Below, piece after piece: positions 38,396-49,690 of a stretch of 64,000 nucleotides of DNA. The notes below the pieces were generated by a model. It was not told the origin of the DNA. It made no database searches and saw only the letters and a program-made list of their open reading frames with translations. Position 1 is the first letter of the stretch; each line of letters begins with the position of its first letter. Source of the DNA: Hemiscyllium ocellatum (Eukaryota); contig NW_026868014.1 in NCBI RefSeq assembly GCF_020745735.1, positions 1 through 64,000 of the forward strand. Reading direction: 5' to 3'. The position numbers were made by a program, and so were the translations under genes.

Positions 38396-40199
38396 CACTT
38401 GTCAAGTTATAGGTAAACCTCAACATGTGATTGAACCAGCATCCTTAATTCCTCTCCCAGTTTTTGAGGAACCATTCAGTCGTGTACAGGTGTGTCAAGT
38501 AGTGAGTATAATGGAGGAGGGGATGAGAAAAAGCATGAGATCCAAAGGCAATTGGACAATTTCCAAAGTGAACTTCCTCCTATGAGGTGAACAAATTCAG
38601 AGATATTAGAGAATTCAGACACTGTATTTTTGCATCTGGAGGAAGATCAACAGAGGGACAGAGTGAGATTGCTCAGAGAATACAAAGAAGTTTGTCTGAG
38701 GAGTGGTTGGAGCCAGTATTCAGTCTGTACTTGATGGAGTTTGGAAGGATGAGGGGCAATCTCAGTGAAACATACTGTATACTGAGAGGCCTGGATAGAG
38801 TAGACATGGAGAAGATGTTTCCACTTGGCAGAGAGACTGAGGGCACAGCCTCAGAGTGAAGGGACCATCCTTTGGAACTGAGATGAGGAGGAGATTTTTC
38901 ATCCAGAGAGTGGTTAATCTGTGGATTAATCATTGCTGCAGAATGCTGTGGAGGCCAAGTCATTGAGTGTATTTAAGACAGAGATAGATGGATTCTTGAT
39001 TGGTAAAGGGATCAAGGGTAATGGAGAAAAGGCAGGAGATGGGGTTGACAAACAAATCAATTATGATCGAATGGCAGGGCAGACGTGATGGGCTGAATGG
39101 CCTAACTCTACACTGATACATGGTCTTTAAAAGATACACTTAGGTGTCCCAGATTAATCGAACATGATGTGGATGTAGGTTATTCAGACCCAATAAAACA
39201 AAATCCATTTTGATTAAAACCAGAGAAATAAGTCAAAGTAACAAATGAAGCTCAATTCATGTTGGAGAATCAATTGATTGAATTGTCAGCGTAATTGGAG
39301 TTCTCTTGTGTAGGATTGAGCAAAAGTCACTATCATCTAAAACCCTGGATTTTTTGTAAAAAATGGCTGCCTGGAACTATTGTTCTGCCTGGAATTCCAG
39401 TTCACACCTCAACTCTGAAAGGGACACCAACCAGAACACAATCTCTTGACTAAAACTAACTTTTACAACCTCGGCCTACTAACACACACTACCAACAAGC
39501 AGCTTTAGAACCAAGAACTACAGAGGCTGAACAGAGAAGCTGAATCCAGACACCAAACCAAGAGCATCATCGTAACAAAGGACACCCGAGAGCAGGAACA
39601 CCAACCAAACGCTATCTGAACAAGAGCTTCCAGACACAGGCCTGTTCTGAATAAACACAGAGATTCTTTTGCCCTGAAACACCTGTCTATTGCCTTCTCA
39701 ATTTCACAGTTTTAAATCAGCCCATTTGTGGAACCAGGGATCTGGGGATGATTCAAACCACCTAAAAATCAGCAAATTACTGATCACAAACAAGAGAGGG
39801 TCCCCTGATTGAACTGTTAAGAGTAGTTGGAGTTCTCTTGTTTGGTGACTCAGCCAGATGTTTCAATTCGATTCTGTGTACACTATAGGAAAGTGAATGT
39901 AGTCACAAAGATGGATTTGTAACCTATTCCCAGGTCAGAAGATTGCATTGAAATGGTGGGTAGTGTGTCATTCCTATTGAAAATTGATTGGATGAAAGTA
40001 TATTGACAAGTATCGCTGACAAAAGCTGACAAGGAAATTTCTGCCTTTGCTCCATTCTGGATCTTTGTACACAAAGGAAAACTCAAATCCATTTGAAACA
40101 TGTTGGGACGTCAGGGTATAGACTGAGGGCAGAACTGAAGAAAATTAGTTTTATTCGGGAAATGGTTTTGGAAATTTATGGGATTAAAGTTTGATAAAT

Positions 40200-42560
40200 C
40201 CGCAGGGACCAATAACCTACATTTCAGATTACTTCAGGAATTGCCCAAAAATTTTGGGAACATTGGTGTTCAAGATTCTATTGATTCTGGAACTTTCCCA
40301 GTGACTGGAGAGATGCGAATGTAACATCACTGTTTAAAATGGGAGGGAGAGAGAAAAGTGGGCAACCTGGACCAGTCAGCCTGGCATTGGTATTGGGAAA
40401 AATAGTCAAGTTCGTTGTGAAAGATTTAATCACTGGGCACGTGGAAGACAGTGATAGGATTAGACAGAGTCAGCATGGTTTGTGGAAAGGGAAATCATGC
40501 AGAACAAATTGACTGGAATTGTTCGAGGATGGAATGAGCAGATTTGACAAGGGGGAGCCAACGGATGTGGTTTATCTGGAACCTTCAGAAGGCTTTTAAA
40601 CAGTCCCACAGTAGAAATTAGCGAGTAAAAGTAAGACTCAATGGACTGGGGCAGTGTACTGACATGGATAGAGAAGTGGTTGGCAGGCTGGAAACAAAGA
40701 GTAAAAAAAAAACAGACCTTTTCAGAAAAAGGTCTGTTTTTTTTACTCTTTGTTTCCAGCCTGCCAACCACTTCTCTATTCATGTCAGTAATGTTCATAT
40801 TTGTTCATGGTTTAGATGAGGGAACTTAAGAGTAATATCTCCAATTTGCAGATGACACAAAGCTGGGTGGGAGGGGGAGCAGTGAAGAAGATGCAGAGAT
40901 GCCTGTGTCCGTGTATACCAGTCACTGAAAGTCAGCGTGTAGGTGCAGCAGGCAGTGCAGAAGGTAAATGATATGTTACCTTTATAGTGAGAGAATTTGC
41001 GTACAGGAACAGGGATGTCTTGCTGTAATTGTATGGGGCCTTAGTGAGTCCACTCCTGAATATTCAAACCAAAACTGGTTCAGTGACAGGAGACAGAGGG
41101 TGGAGGCAGAAATTTGTTTATGTGACTGGGCCCAGTGTGCAGTGGGATACCACAGGGATCAGTGCTGGGTCCCTTATTGTTCAGGATGTATTGAAACAAT
41201 GAAGATGAGAATGTGAGAGGTGAGGGGTGGGGGTGAGTGGATGATGACTGAGTTTTTGGATGACACGAGGTTTGGCAGATGGTTGACAATGAGGAAGAAG
41301 GTCTTGGGTGACACGAGGATCTAACTGGATTGGTCAGATGGGCAGATCAGAGTCAGATGGAACTTACCCCTGATAAATGTGAGGTGATGAACTTTGGACA
41401 ATGTAACAGGTGAATAAAGTATTGATGAAATCATATGGGACACTTGCCTTTATCATTTCAGGTATAGATGAGAAGACCAGGGAAGATATGTTGGAGCTAT
41501 TCAGAATTTTTGTTAGGCCACAGCTGGAGTACTGTGTGCAGTTCTGGTCACCACGCAATCGGAAGGATGGGATTGTATTGGAGGGGGTGCAGAGAATAGT
41601 CACCAGGATGTTGCTTGGGATGAAGCATTTCAGCGATGAAGAGAGGCTGGATAAACTCGGGTTGTTTTCTTTGAAGCAGAGAAGGTTGAGAGGACCTGAT
41701 AGAGGTGTAAACGGCTATGAGGGGAATGGACACAATGAATAGAAAGCAGTTGTTCCTCTTCTTCGGAGTTGGCACACATTCACTGTGAAAGACAGGAGCT
41801 TCATAGGGGATTTGAAGAGGAGATTTTCACCCAGAGGGTGGTGGGGGTCTGGTTTGCATTGTCTGGGCTGGTAGTTGAGGAGGACTTTTAAAAGTACTTG
41901 GATTAACCCTTGAAATATCATAACATTTAAAGCTATGGGCCTTGTGTTGGAAATTTGGATGAATGCAGGTTTACTGTAGTTTGGATGGTACAGGTACAAT
42001 GGGTCGAAGGGCCTCTTCTGTACTGTGCGATTTTACGATTGTATTGTGTGCAGTTTTGGTCTACTTATCTGAGGAAAGATGTTCTGGCTGTGGAGGGAGG
42101 GCAGCGAAGGTTTACCAGGCTGACTCCTGGGATGACAGCAATTAGACTTAGATCTGATGAGAAACTGGATCAGTTAGGATTATATTCACTGGAGGTTAGA
42201 AGATTATGGGGAGTCACACTGAAAACTCTAGAATCCTAACAGGACAAGACAGGATGTTCCTGATGACGAAGGAGTCCAGAATCAAGGATTAAAGTTTAAG
42301 GATACGGGAAAGGACATTTAGAGCTGAGATGGAGAGAAATATTTTCATTCTACAGGAAGCCTGTAGACGTTTCTGTCACTGAAAGCAGTTCAGCTCAAAC
42401 CACTGAATGTTTTCCAGAAAGGGCACAATACAGTTCTTAGAATGAAAGGGATCAAAGGTTATGGGGATGAAGCAGGAACAGGCAACTGAGTTGGATGATC
42501 AGCCATGATCATATTGAATGGCAGAACAGGCTCGAAGGGCTGAATGGCCTATTCCTGCTC
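40200..42560 (+). mobile_element. CR1 fragments
   Basis: RPQLEYCVQFWSP and YCVQFWSTYLRKD motifs; partly mirrored by 24150-25330. Confidence 0.75.
40657..40790. repeat. Near-perfect foldback inverted repeat (~65-bp arms)
   Basis: tactgacatggatagagaagtggttggcaggctggaaacaaagagtaaa... pairs with ...tttactctttgtttccagcctgccaaccacttctctattcatgtcagta. Confidence 0.92.
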
Positions 42561-43180
42561 CGAGTTTCACTGTTTGAGAGATTGTTCATCAACGTGGAAC
42601 CATATTGAATAAGAGAAAAAACATTTGCCTTGGGTTAGGAATTAGTTTGGAGATAGGAGACAGAGTGAGGGAATAATGTGTGTGTCCTCAAATGAGCAAG
42701 AGGTGAATAGTGGTGTGCCCAGGGATCCGTCCTGGGACTTTAGCATTTCATAATATTTCTGAATGACTTGGATGAAGGAATAGAGAGCCATATATCCAAG
42801 ATTGCTGACCACACTGAGTGAGGCAGCTAGGAGGAGGTTACAGAGATGGGGAGGGTCGATGGACAGGGAGGGACTTCAGAACAAGGACGAGAATTTGAAA
42901 ATCGAGGTGTTATTGGACCGGGAGCCAATGTCGCTCAGTGAGGACAGTGGGGGATGGGGATGGGATTTGTTGCGAGTTCGGATTCGGGCAGCAGAGTTTT
43001 GGTGTGAGCTGAAGTTTACAGAGGGCAGTGGCTGTGATGTGGCCCAAGACAACATTAGAATGGTCATGTTTGGAGTCCCAAAGCAACGAGTGGGACTTTC
43101 AGTGAGTGATCTCTGTGCTGTGGAGGATTTGGGGCTCAGATCAGCCTCAAAGATGAGGCCAAGATTTTAAGGAATCTGGT

Positions 43181-43404
43181 ATGAAATAAAAGCCGAAAAA
43201 GCTGCAGATGCTGCAAATGAGGAACAAAAACAGAAATTGCTGGAAAAGCTCGGCAGGTCTGGCACCATCTGTGGAGAGAAAGCAGAGTTAAAATTTTGGG
43301 ACGTGAACCTTCTCAGAACTGTTCTGAGGAAGGGTCACTCGACCTGAAAGGTTAACTCTGATTTCTTTCCCCAGATGCTGCCAGACCTGCTGAGGTATTC
43401 TGTT
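43181..43404. mobile_element. Palindromic short element with hammerhead-like core; right-arm specific
   Basis: gtt-CTGAGGA-A-GGGTC actc GACCT-GAAAG-GTT-aac at 43321-43356; degenerate ~15-bp flanking duplication; empty site near 22510. Confidence 0.72.
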
Positions 43405-44859
43405 TTTGTAAAGAGTCTGGTTGAGCAGCAGACAGTGCTCAGGGAGAGGGATGGAGGTTGTACCGGGACCTGAAGGGGATGGCTTTGATCTTCCCAATGT
43501 GTTTCCCAGTGAGCCTGGCTACTCAGTCCTGACTGCTCTTAGCTGCTGTGATTGTCACTGATTGGACACTTATTATTAGAGATTCTGACCACAGCAGAAA
43601 GCCCCAGTGTAAAAAATAACTGCAAAGGCTGTCAGATCGCAAGGTTGAAACTTCACCAAGTGAGGAAGTGAAAGAAGGAGCTCGGAGCAGCTGCACATTT
43701 GTTACTGAGATGGGAGAAAACTGTGAACTGTCTGCACTCCCTGGAATCTGACAGCACATAAGAACATTAAAACCAGGAGCAGGAGCAGGCTCTCTGGCCT
43801 CTTGGGCTGCTCTGCCATTCAGTAAGATCATGGCTGATCTTTTCATGGCATCAGCTCCCCCTTATCCACCTTTTCACCAAAACCCTTGATTCATTTACTG
43901 TTCAAAAAATTACCTAAATCAGCTTTAAAAACATTTACTGAGGAAACCTCAACGACTTCGCTGGGCAGGGAATTCCATAGATTCACCACCCTCTGGGTGA
44001 AGAAGTTCCTTCTCTATTTAGTCCTAAACCTGCACCCCCCCCCCCCCGCACCTGTGGTGTCTGTGAGTGATCCAATTATTCCCACTGCCCCCTCTCTCCC
44101 CATAACCCAGCAAATCTTTCCTTTCAGCTCGATCTCCAGCTGCCTCTTGTTGACTTGGGTCCACAGCAGAGACTGTCCCTAACCTGGGCTCCAAGCTGGC
44201 ATCTCATTCATTCATTGGGAGGCAAACTGCCTGGGCTGGGAAATGGAGCTCAGGACCCTGAACATTCCCTCTCCCCTCCTGAGGGACATTTGATGCTGAG
44301 GTTTAATTCTATGGAACTTTACAATATATGCCTACAATACACACTTCTCCATTCTGTGTGTAAAAGGCTGGAGCCTGCCAGCAGGATATTCAACTGCAGG
44401 AGCCGTCATCAATTTGACCAATTCTGACCACACCCACTCTCCGTAAACTTTCAACTAATTACTAAAATCAAATCTGTCAATCTCCTCCTTGGTATGAGAC
44501 AGGGAAGGGGCCATTTCATTCCAGACAATTTGGAATTTATGGAGCACAGATGGAGTAAGCTGAGAGAGGACATCAGAATGTTGGAGTTTGGAGGTGGGAT
44601 GAGCAGGAATAAGAGTTTCTGTGGTCAAGGGGCTGATGTAGTGCAGAGACAAACAATGTAGTGGAGATTGAAATAAGAGACCTAGGTGATGGAGAGGAAG
44701 TGGGGTTTGAAGCTCCAATACTGGAGGGTCCAGTGGGAAAGAAGCTCAGGCTTATTGCTGTCCATTGGACATTCCAGTGGGATGGAGGCCCATGTTTCCT
44801 GATCTCTGTTGGAGGTTCCAATTGAGTCCCATGGAATTGGAATGTTGGCATTTCTTGCA

Positions 44860-45900
44860 GCAATTGGAATCTTGGTATTTATTATAAAAGGACTGAATTA
44901 CAGAAATAAAGAAATATTGTGACAATTCTATTAGGCATTGGTGAGACCACATCTGAAGCATTGTGTCCAGTTGTGGTCTCCTTACTTGGTGAAGGATATG
45001 GTGGCACTGGATTCAGTTCAGAGGATGTTCACCAGACTGATTCCCCGGATGAAAGGGCTGCCATATGAGGAATGGTTGAATAGCTAGGGCTTGTACTCAC
45101 TGGAATTCAGTTGTATGAAGGGGAGATCTGAGTGAAGTATATAAGATGCTAAAGGAGATTGATAGGGCAAGCATTGAACAGATGTACTCTCTTGTGGGCC
45201 AGTCTCGAACAAGAGGTCATAGACATAGAGTGAGAGGAGGTATGTTTAAAACTGAGATGAGGAGAAACTACAGGTGACAGAGTGGTGCAGTGGTGAGCAC
45301 TGCTGCCTCACAGTGCCAGGGCCCCAGGTTCGACTCCACCCTCAGGCAACTGCATGGAGTTTGCACATTCTCCCCCTGTCTGTGTGAGCTTCATCTGTGT
45401 GCTCTGATTTCCTCCCACAGTCTAATGATGTACACGTTCAGAGGATTGGCCATGCTAATTTACCCATAGTGTCCAGGAAAGTGTAGGTTAGATTCATTAG
45501 TCATGGGAAATATAGGGTTACAGGGAAAAGGTTCCAGAATGGCTCTGGGTGGAATGCTCTTTGAAGGGTTGGTGTGGACTTATTGGGCTGAATGGCCTGG
45601 TTTCATACTGTATGGAATCTGTTCCATTCCAACTACTTCTCGCAGAAGGTTGCGAATCTGTGGATGTCAGTGCGCACCATCATCTCCACCCCCCCTCCCC
45701 ACTCCCCCCCCCCTCCCCACCCCCTTCCTCAAGCACAGTGGAGGCAGAATCAATCAACAGATTCAAGAAAGAAACAGATATCTTTCTGATGAAAAGCAGG
45801 ATAGAGGGCAATAGGTAGCCGTCTGGAAAGTGGAGAGGAGGTTAAGTTCAGCCATGATCATGTTAAATAGGAAACGGGTTTGATTACCTATTCCTGCTCC
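44860..45900 (+). mobile_element. CR1 3' fragment (with nested SINE) inserted into the 44-bp minisatellite
   Basis: gcattggtgagaccacatctg...cagttgtggtctcc ORF2 C-terminal motif. Confidence 0.78.
45271..45630 (+). mobile_element. HE1-like SINE nested in a CR1 fragment
   Basis: AACTA duplicated at 45266-45270 and 45631-45635; the CR1 sequence resumes after it. Confidence 0.8.
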
Positions 45901-45929
45901 TCATTCCGAAGTTCAATCTTGCAATGAGA

Positions 45930-46275
45930 TCCTTGTTTACTGGTCTGTATTGGAGGATCCATTCACAAAGAGTCACATCTTTACTGGTCTGTATTGGAGG
46001 AGCCAGTTTGAAGCTCGTCTATATTTACTGGTCTGCACTGGAGAGTTCAAAGAAATGGAGGCCTTTCTCTCCTGGTTTCTATTGGAGGGCCCAGTAGGAA
46101 TAAGGTCCATGTTAACTAGGCTCTGCTCGAGTATTCAGTGGGAAATAGACCCATATTTACTGGTCTCCATTGGAGGCTCCAGCGGCAAAGATGCCTATGT
46201 TTAATGGTCTCTACTGGAGAGTTCTGTGGGAATGAATTCCATGCTTACTGGTCTCCACTGGACAGTCCAGTGGGA
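45930..46275. repeat. 44-bp minisatellite upstream of V (further units 44720-44830; mirror 18570-18800 and 20055-20215)
   Basis: tttactggtc recurs at 45936, 45980, 46024, 46156, 46200 and 46244. Confidence 0.85.
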
Positions 46276-46753
46276 CATGGATACTGTAGTGAGTGTGGGG
46301 CTCATTTCCTTTCTGTAGTAACTGTGTGATGGTCCAATCCTCATACCAATAAAACTGGAGCTTGACCATGGAAGGGAAAGGTGAGGGGAAAGGATTGGAA
46401 CATGTTGTGAATGGATAGGATGGGTCAATGGGTCAGATCCTGTCCTATCCCTCCAGGTCATACTGATGGCCTGAGGATCTCCTCCCTCTGCTGGGCTTTC
46501 ATGGAATGAGGTTTGTGTCCAAACCAGTCCCCAGGAAGAATGGGCCAACAGCACAGAATTGCCCTTCATTTGACAAGAATCTGACCGTCTTCCTGAGAGA
46601 GGCCAAACCCTGGTCAATGTGGGAAATGGGCCTTTATTCCAGGAGTAGACATACTCCTGGTGTCAAGGGTTAACATCCATTAGATTTGGAGGAGATATAA
46701 CCTGTATTTAACTTTTACCACTTGGGACCTTGTTGGAAAGGCAGAGAGTGTGC

Positions 46754-46789
<36 letters not shown>

Positions 46790-47358
46790 ATGTTGACGAG
46801 AGAGACATAGAAGGGCAGGGTGTGAAAGTGAGAGAGAGCAGGATAAAGAATCTCAGGCAGTGTAAGATGAGTAAAAGCGGGGGGAGAGAGAGAGGTAGAG
46901 AGAGGTAGAGATGGTGGAGTTGAAGAATAGAGATAGAGCGAGATAGAGTATGAGACAGTGTGACTGAGAGAGAGGGGACAGAGAGAGAGACAGACAGACA
47001 GAGTAGGTGTGAGACAAAGAGTAGAGGCAATCCAGTGAAAGAGAGAGACAGACGTGCAGAGATGTTCTGGTCACCATATTATGAGAAAGATATGACTGTA
47101 CTCGAGATGGTGCAAAGATTTCCCAGGATGCTGCCTGGCCTGGAGGGTGTGAGCTATGAGGAAGGATTGGAAAGTTTGGGATTGTTTCTCTTGGAGCAGT
47201 GAAGGTTGAGAGGGAACCTGCTGAAGGGCAAAAAGATTATGAGAGGCAGGGATAGAGTGGACAGGAAGGCAACTTTTTCCATGAATAGAGGGATCAATAT
47301 CCAGGGACAGAGATTGGAGATTACACAGACATACAAAGATAGAAATAGAGAGCAGGAG

Positions 47359-47399
47359 TAGGGTTAGGTTTAGGGTTAGGGTTAGGGTAAGGGTTAGGG
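47359..47399 (+). repeat. Interstitial telomeric-like (TTAGGG)n tract, about 7 units
   Basis: tagggttaggtttagggttagggttagggtaagggttaggg. Confidence 0.85.
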
Positions 47400-48019
47400 A
47401 TTGGCCCTGTGAGTCTGTTCTGCCATTCAATATGACCATGGCTGATCCTCTCCCTCAATGCCAAGCTGGGATTGATGTTGCTAGATCATTGATGATCAGT
47501 AGAGACTTGTTAAATGCTGTTCATGTCATTGAACTTTTGATTGAGAGAGACACAGAAGACACACACAGACAGAGACAGAGAGCAAGTGTACATTGTGAGA
47601 TTGAGTGAGAGAGGGCGAGGCATTTAATTGCTGCCCCAGGACTCACTGTTCCAATGTCCTGGAATAATGCCTGCTAGAGAGTGACTGGAGGGAGGGAAAC
47701 AAAGAGAGAGTGAGGCAATTAGAGATTGAGGGTATAAGGAGAGAATGAGTGAGGAATTAGGTAGTAATATAAGTGAAGGAGAAGAATGAATGATCAGAAA
47801 GAGAGAGAGAGAGAGACCAACCAAAACAGAAGGGAGGGAGATAAACAGAATGTCAAACATACATGGAAAAAAGGAAAGATATAAGTAGTTATATAATTGG
47901 GAGAGGACAGAGTTGGAGACGGAAATAGAAAAAGAGAGAGAAAGTCAACGAATAACAAGAACGTATACAAGAGAAGGGTGAGAAAGAGAAAAAAGGGAAA
48001 AGGGAGAAAGAAAAGAAAG

Positions 48020-48054
<35 letters not shown>

Positions 48055-48065
48055 GTGTGAGGGGC

Positions 48066-48145
48066 TGACGTGGCTCTCTCTGCCTGATGCCATTTACATA
48101 CTGAGGAACACCCAGTCAGACTCTCACAGGCTGCAGCTTTATAAA
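48066..48145 (+). promoter_or_regulatory. V promoter, cluster B: CRE/G-box-like site, octamer variant, TATA
   Basis: TGACGTGG 48066-48073; ATTTACAT 48092-48099 (1 mismatch to the ATTTGCAT octamer); TTTATAAA 48138-48145, about 65 nt upstream of the ATG. Confidence 0.72.
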
Positions 48146-48205
48146 GCAGAGCCCAGTGAAGGGAGAGTTTATCAGGAACCAGGCACAGGGACAGGAGCAC
48201 ACACC

Positions 48206-48254
48206 ATGATTACACACATCCAGCTGATCTGGCCCCTGGCATTCTGTGTCGCAG
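48206..48254 (+). CDS. Leader (signal peptide) exon, cluster B (MITHIQLIWPLAFCVA-G)
   Basis: ATG at 48206, hydrophobic 16-mer, phase-1 GT donor at 48255, 186-nt intron ending ccctcAG at 48440. Confidence 0.94.
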
Positions 48255-48440
48255 GTACAAATCTCTCTCCTTCCACCTTGAATCTTTCGCTGCTCTCCAT
48301 TTCACTCCAATTCCACTGACTTGTGATTGAAGGGAAAATGCTGAAACCAGAGGAATGCTCAGTGTCTCCAACAATCTCTCATTTGACCGGCTCTTTCTGT
48401 GACAGTTCTGACTTCACTGTGTTTCTCTCTGACCCCTCAG

Positions 48441-48751
48441 GTATCAATGGGGAGATTATCATGACCCAGTCTCCCCCGGTGCTGTCAGTGGAACTGGGCC
48501 AGACTGCAACCATCACCTGTACGGCCAGTCAAAGCATTAGCAGCTACCTCAGTTGGTACCAGCAGCGAGAAGGTCAGAAACCCTCTCTCCTGATCTATGC
48601 TGCAACATCTCGATTCACAGGAGTCTCCGAGCGATTCACCGGCAGTGGATCAGGGACCAGTTACACCCTGACAATCAGCAACGTTCAGAGTGAGGATGTC
48701 GCTGACTATTACTGTCAGCAGGATTACAGCTGGTATAGCAGCTCCGCTCAA
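48441..48751 (+). CDS. IGKV: Ig kappa-type V exon, cluster B (apparently functional, unrearranged)
   Basis: [104 protein letters not shown]. Conserved Cys, Trp and YYC, no stops, directly followed by an RSS. Confidence 0.96.
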
Positions 48752-48779
48752 CACAGTGATACAGAGCCATACAAAAACC
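48752..48779 (+). promoter_or_regulatory. V recombination signal, cluster B (12-bp spacer, consensus)
   Basis: CACAGTG (48752-48758), 12-nt spacer, ACAAAAACC (48771-48779). A 12-RSS on V is the kappa-type arrangement. Confidence 0.97.
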
Positions 48780-49211
48780 TCAAGACACACAGCACCACCT
48801 CATGCACTGACACATCAATCAGTTATATAAAATGTATAATAATGGACACACAGTCCCACAGCCTGAACTGACACATCCACAATTAGATACAAATGAAACT
48901 GAACAAATTACCCCATGCTGGGATTGTAACTGTCCATGACACACTCCAGTCCCTGTGGTGTCCACCGCTCACTGAAGGCCTCAAGTTTCCCTCTGACACT
49001 CCATGACCACGCGTGAAGAACAGCTGCAAGATTTAATATCGAAAAATAAATTTCACAAAGCTCCCAAGCCCAGCTGGACACAGAGAGAGATGGAGACAGA
49101 AAGACACATGAATGAGGGAGAGACAGAGAGGGGCAGAAAGAAGTTGAGAGTGAACGAGAGACTGGGAGACAGGGAGAGGTTGAGAGTGATGGGGGGGAAG
49201 CAGAGAGCAGA

Positions 49212-49250
49212 GGTTTTTGTACAGCCTCTGCACTGGGAACTCTCACTGTG
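49212..49250 (+). promoter_or_regulatory. J recombination signal, cluster B (23-bp spacer, consensus)
   Basis: GGTTTTTGT (49212-49220), 23-nt spacer, CACTGTG (49244-49250). Confidence 0.97.
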
Positions 49251-49285
49251 GGACACGTTCGGTAAAGGAACCAAGCTCAGACTGA
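49251..49285 (+). CDS. IGKJ: Ig kappa-type J segment, cluster B
   Basis: G GAC ACG TTC GGT AAA GGA ACC AAG CTC AGA CTG A = DTFGKGTKLRL, with intact FGxG and a phase-1 donor GTAAGT at 49286. Confidence 0.95.
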
Positions 49286-49658
49286 GTAAGTAAACCTCAA
49301 TCCTCTGTTATTAACCCTTTCAATACTGAAACACACTTTCTAAAATACAGTTACTGATTTGTTGAAGGTGTTAGTGGGGAGCTGCAGTGAACGAAATGGT
49401 TGATTAAGGAGCACTGTGTCTAACAGTTGTCCAACCGTACCACTTCAGTTCCATTGCCCCCTTTAAGAAGCAAGATATAAGTCAGTCAGTTTTACTCACC
49501 GTGTGGAGGAGCTCTGTCCATTTGCAGCCTGTGGTCCCATTCCTGCAGCATGGAGTGAAATCAGTGAGTAGCCTCCTGCCAGTCTCAGTGTGACGGACAC
49601 GGGGCAGAGTTTGATGTGAGCTCTGGCTCCCTGTCCCAGTCTCTGATCTCACTGACCT

Positions 49659-49688
<30 letters not shown>
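49659..49688 (+). repeat. (CAG)10 microsatellite in the J-C intron (3 units in cluster A at 15021-15029)
   Basis: Direct count. Confidence 0.9.

Positions 49689-49690
<2 letters not shown>

Larger units (their letters stand above)
35300..40060 (+). mobile_element. Fragmented Gypsy (Gmr1-like) LTR retrotransposon: gag, PR, INT, RT pieces
   Basis: gag YALIPETYRQMF...DRWIRAL (35332-35586); protease LRDTGAIQSLL (DTG 36261-36269) and VDFLLGN; integrase CQVIGKPQHVIEPASLIPLPVFEEPFSRV (~38400-38490); RT IEHDVDVG (~39160) and FCVHYRKVNVVTK..PIPR.EDCIE (39872-40055). Confidence 0.78.

Noticed and set aside
48323-48871. 182-aa ORF (and its mirror 16057-16290) as a single-exon gene or alternative N-terminus
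   Set aside because: It is leader-intron sequence read in frame into V and through the RSS. The real start is the leader ATG at 48206; retaining the 186-nt intron hits TGA at 48317-48319.
48441-49285. Germline-joined VJ gene
   Set aside because: Both clusters keep V and J separate, with RSSs and 460-499 nt of intervening DNA.
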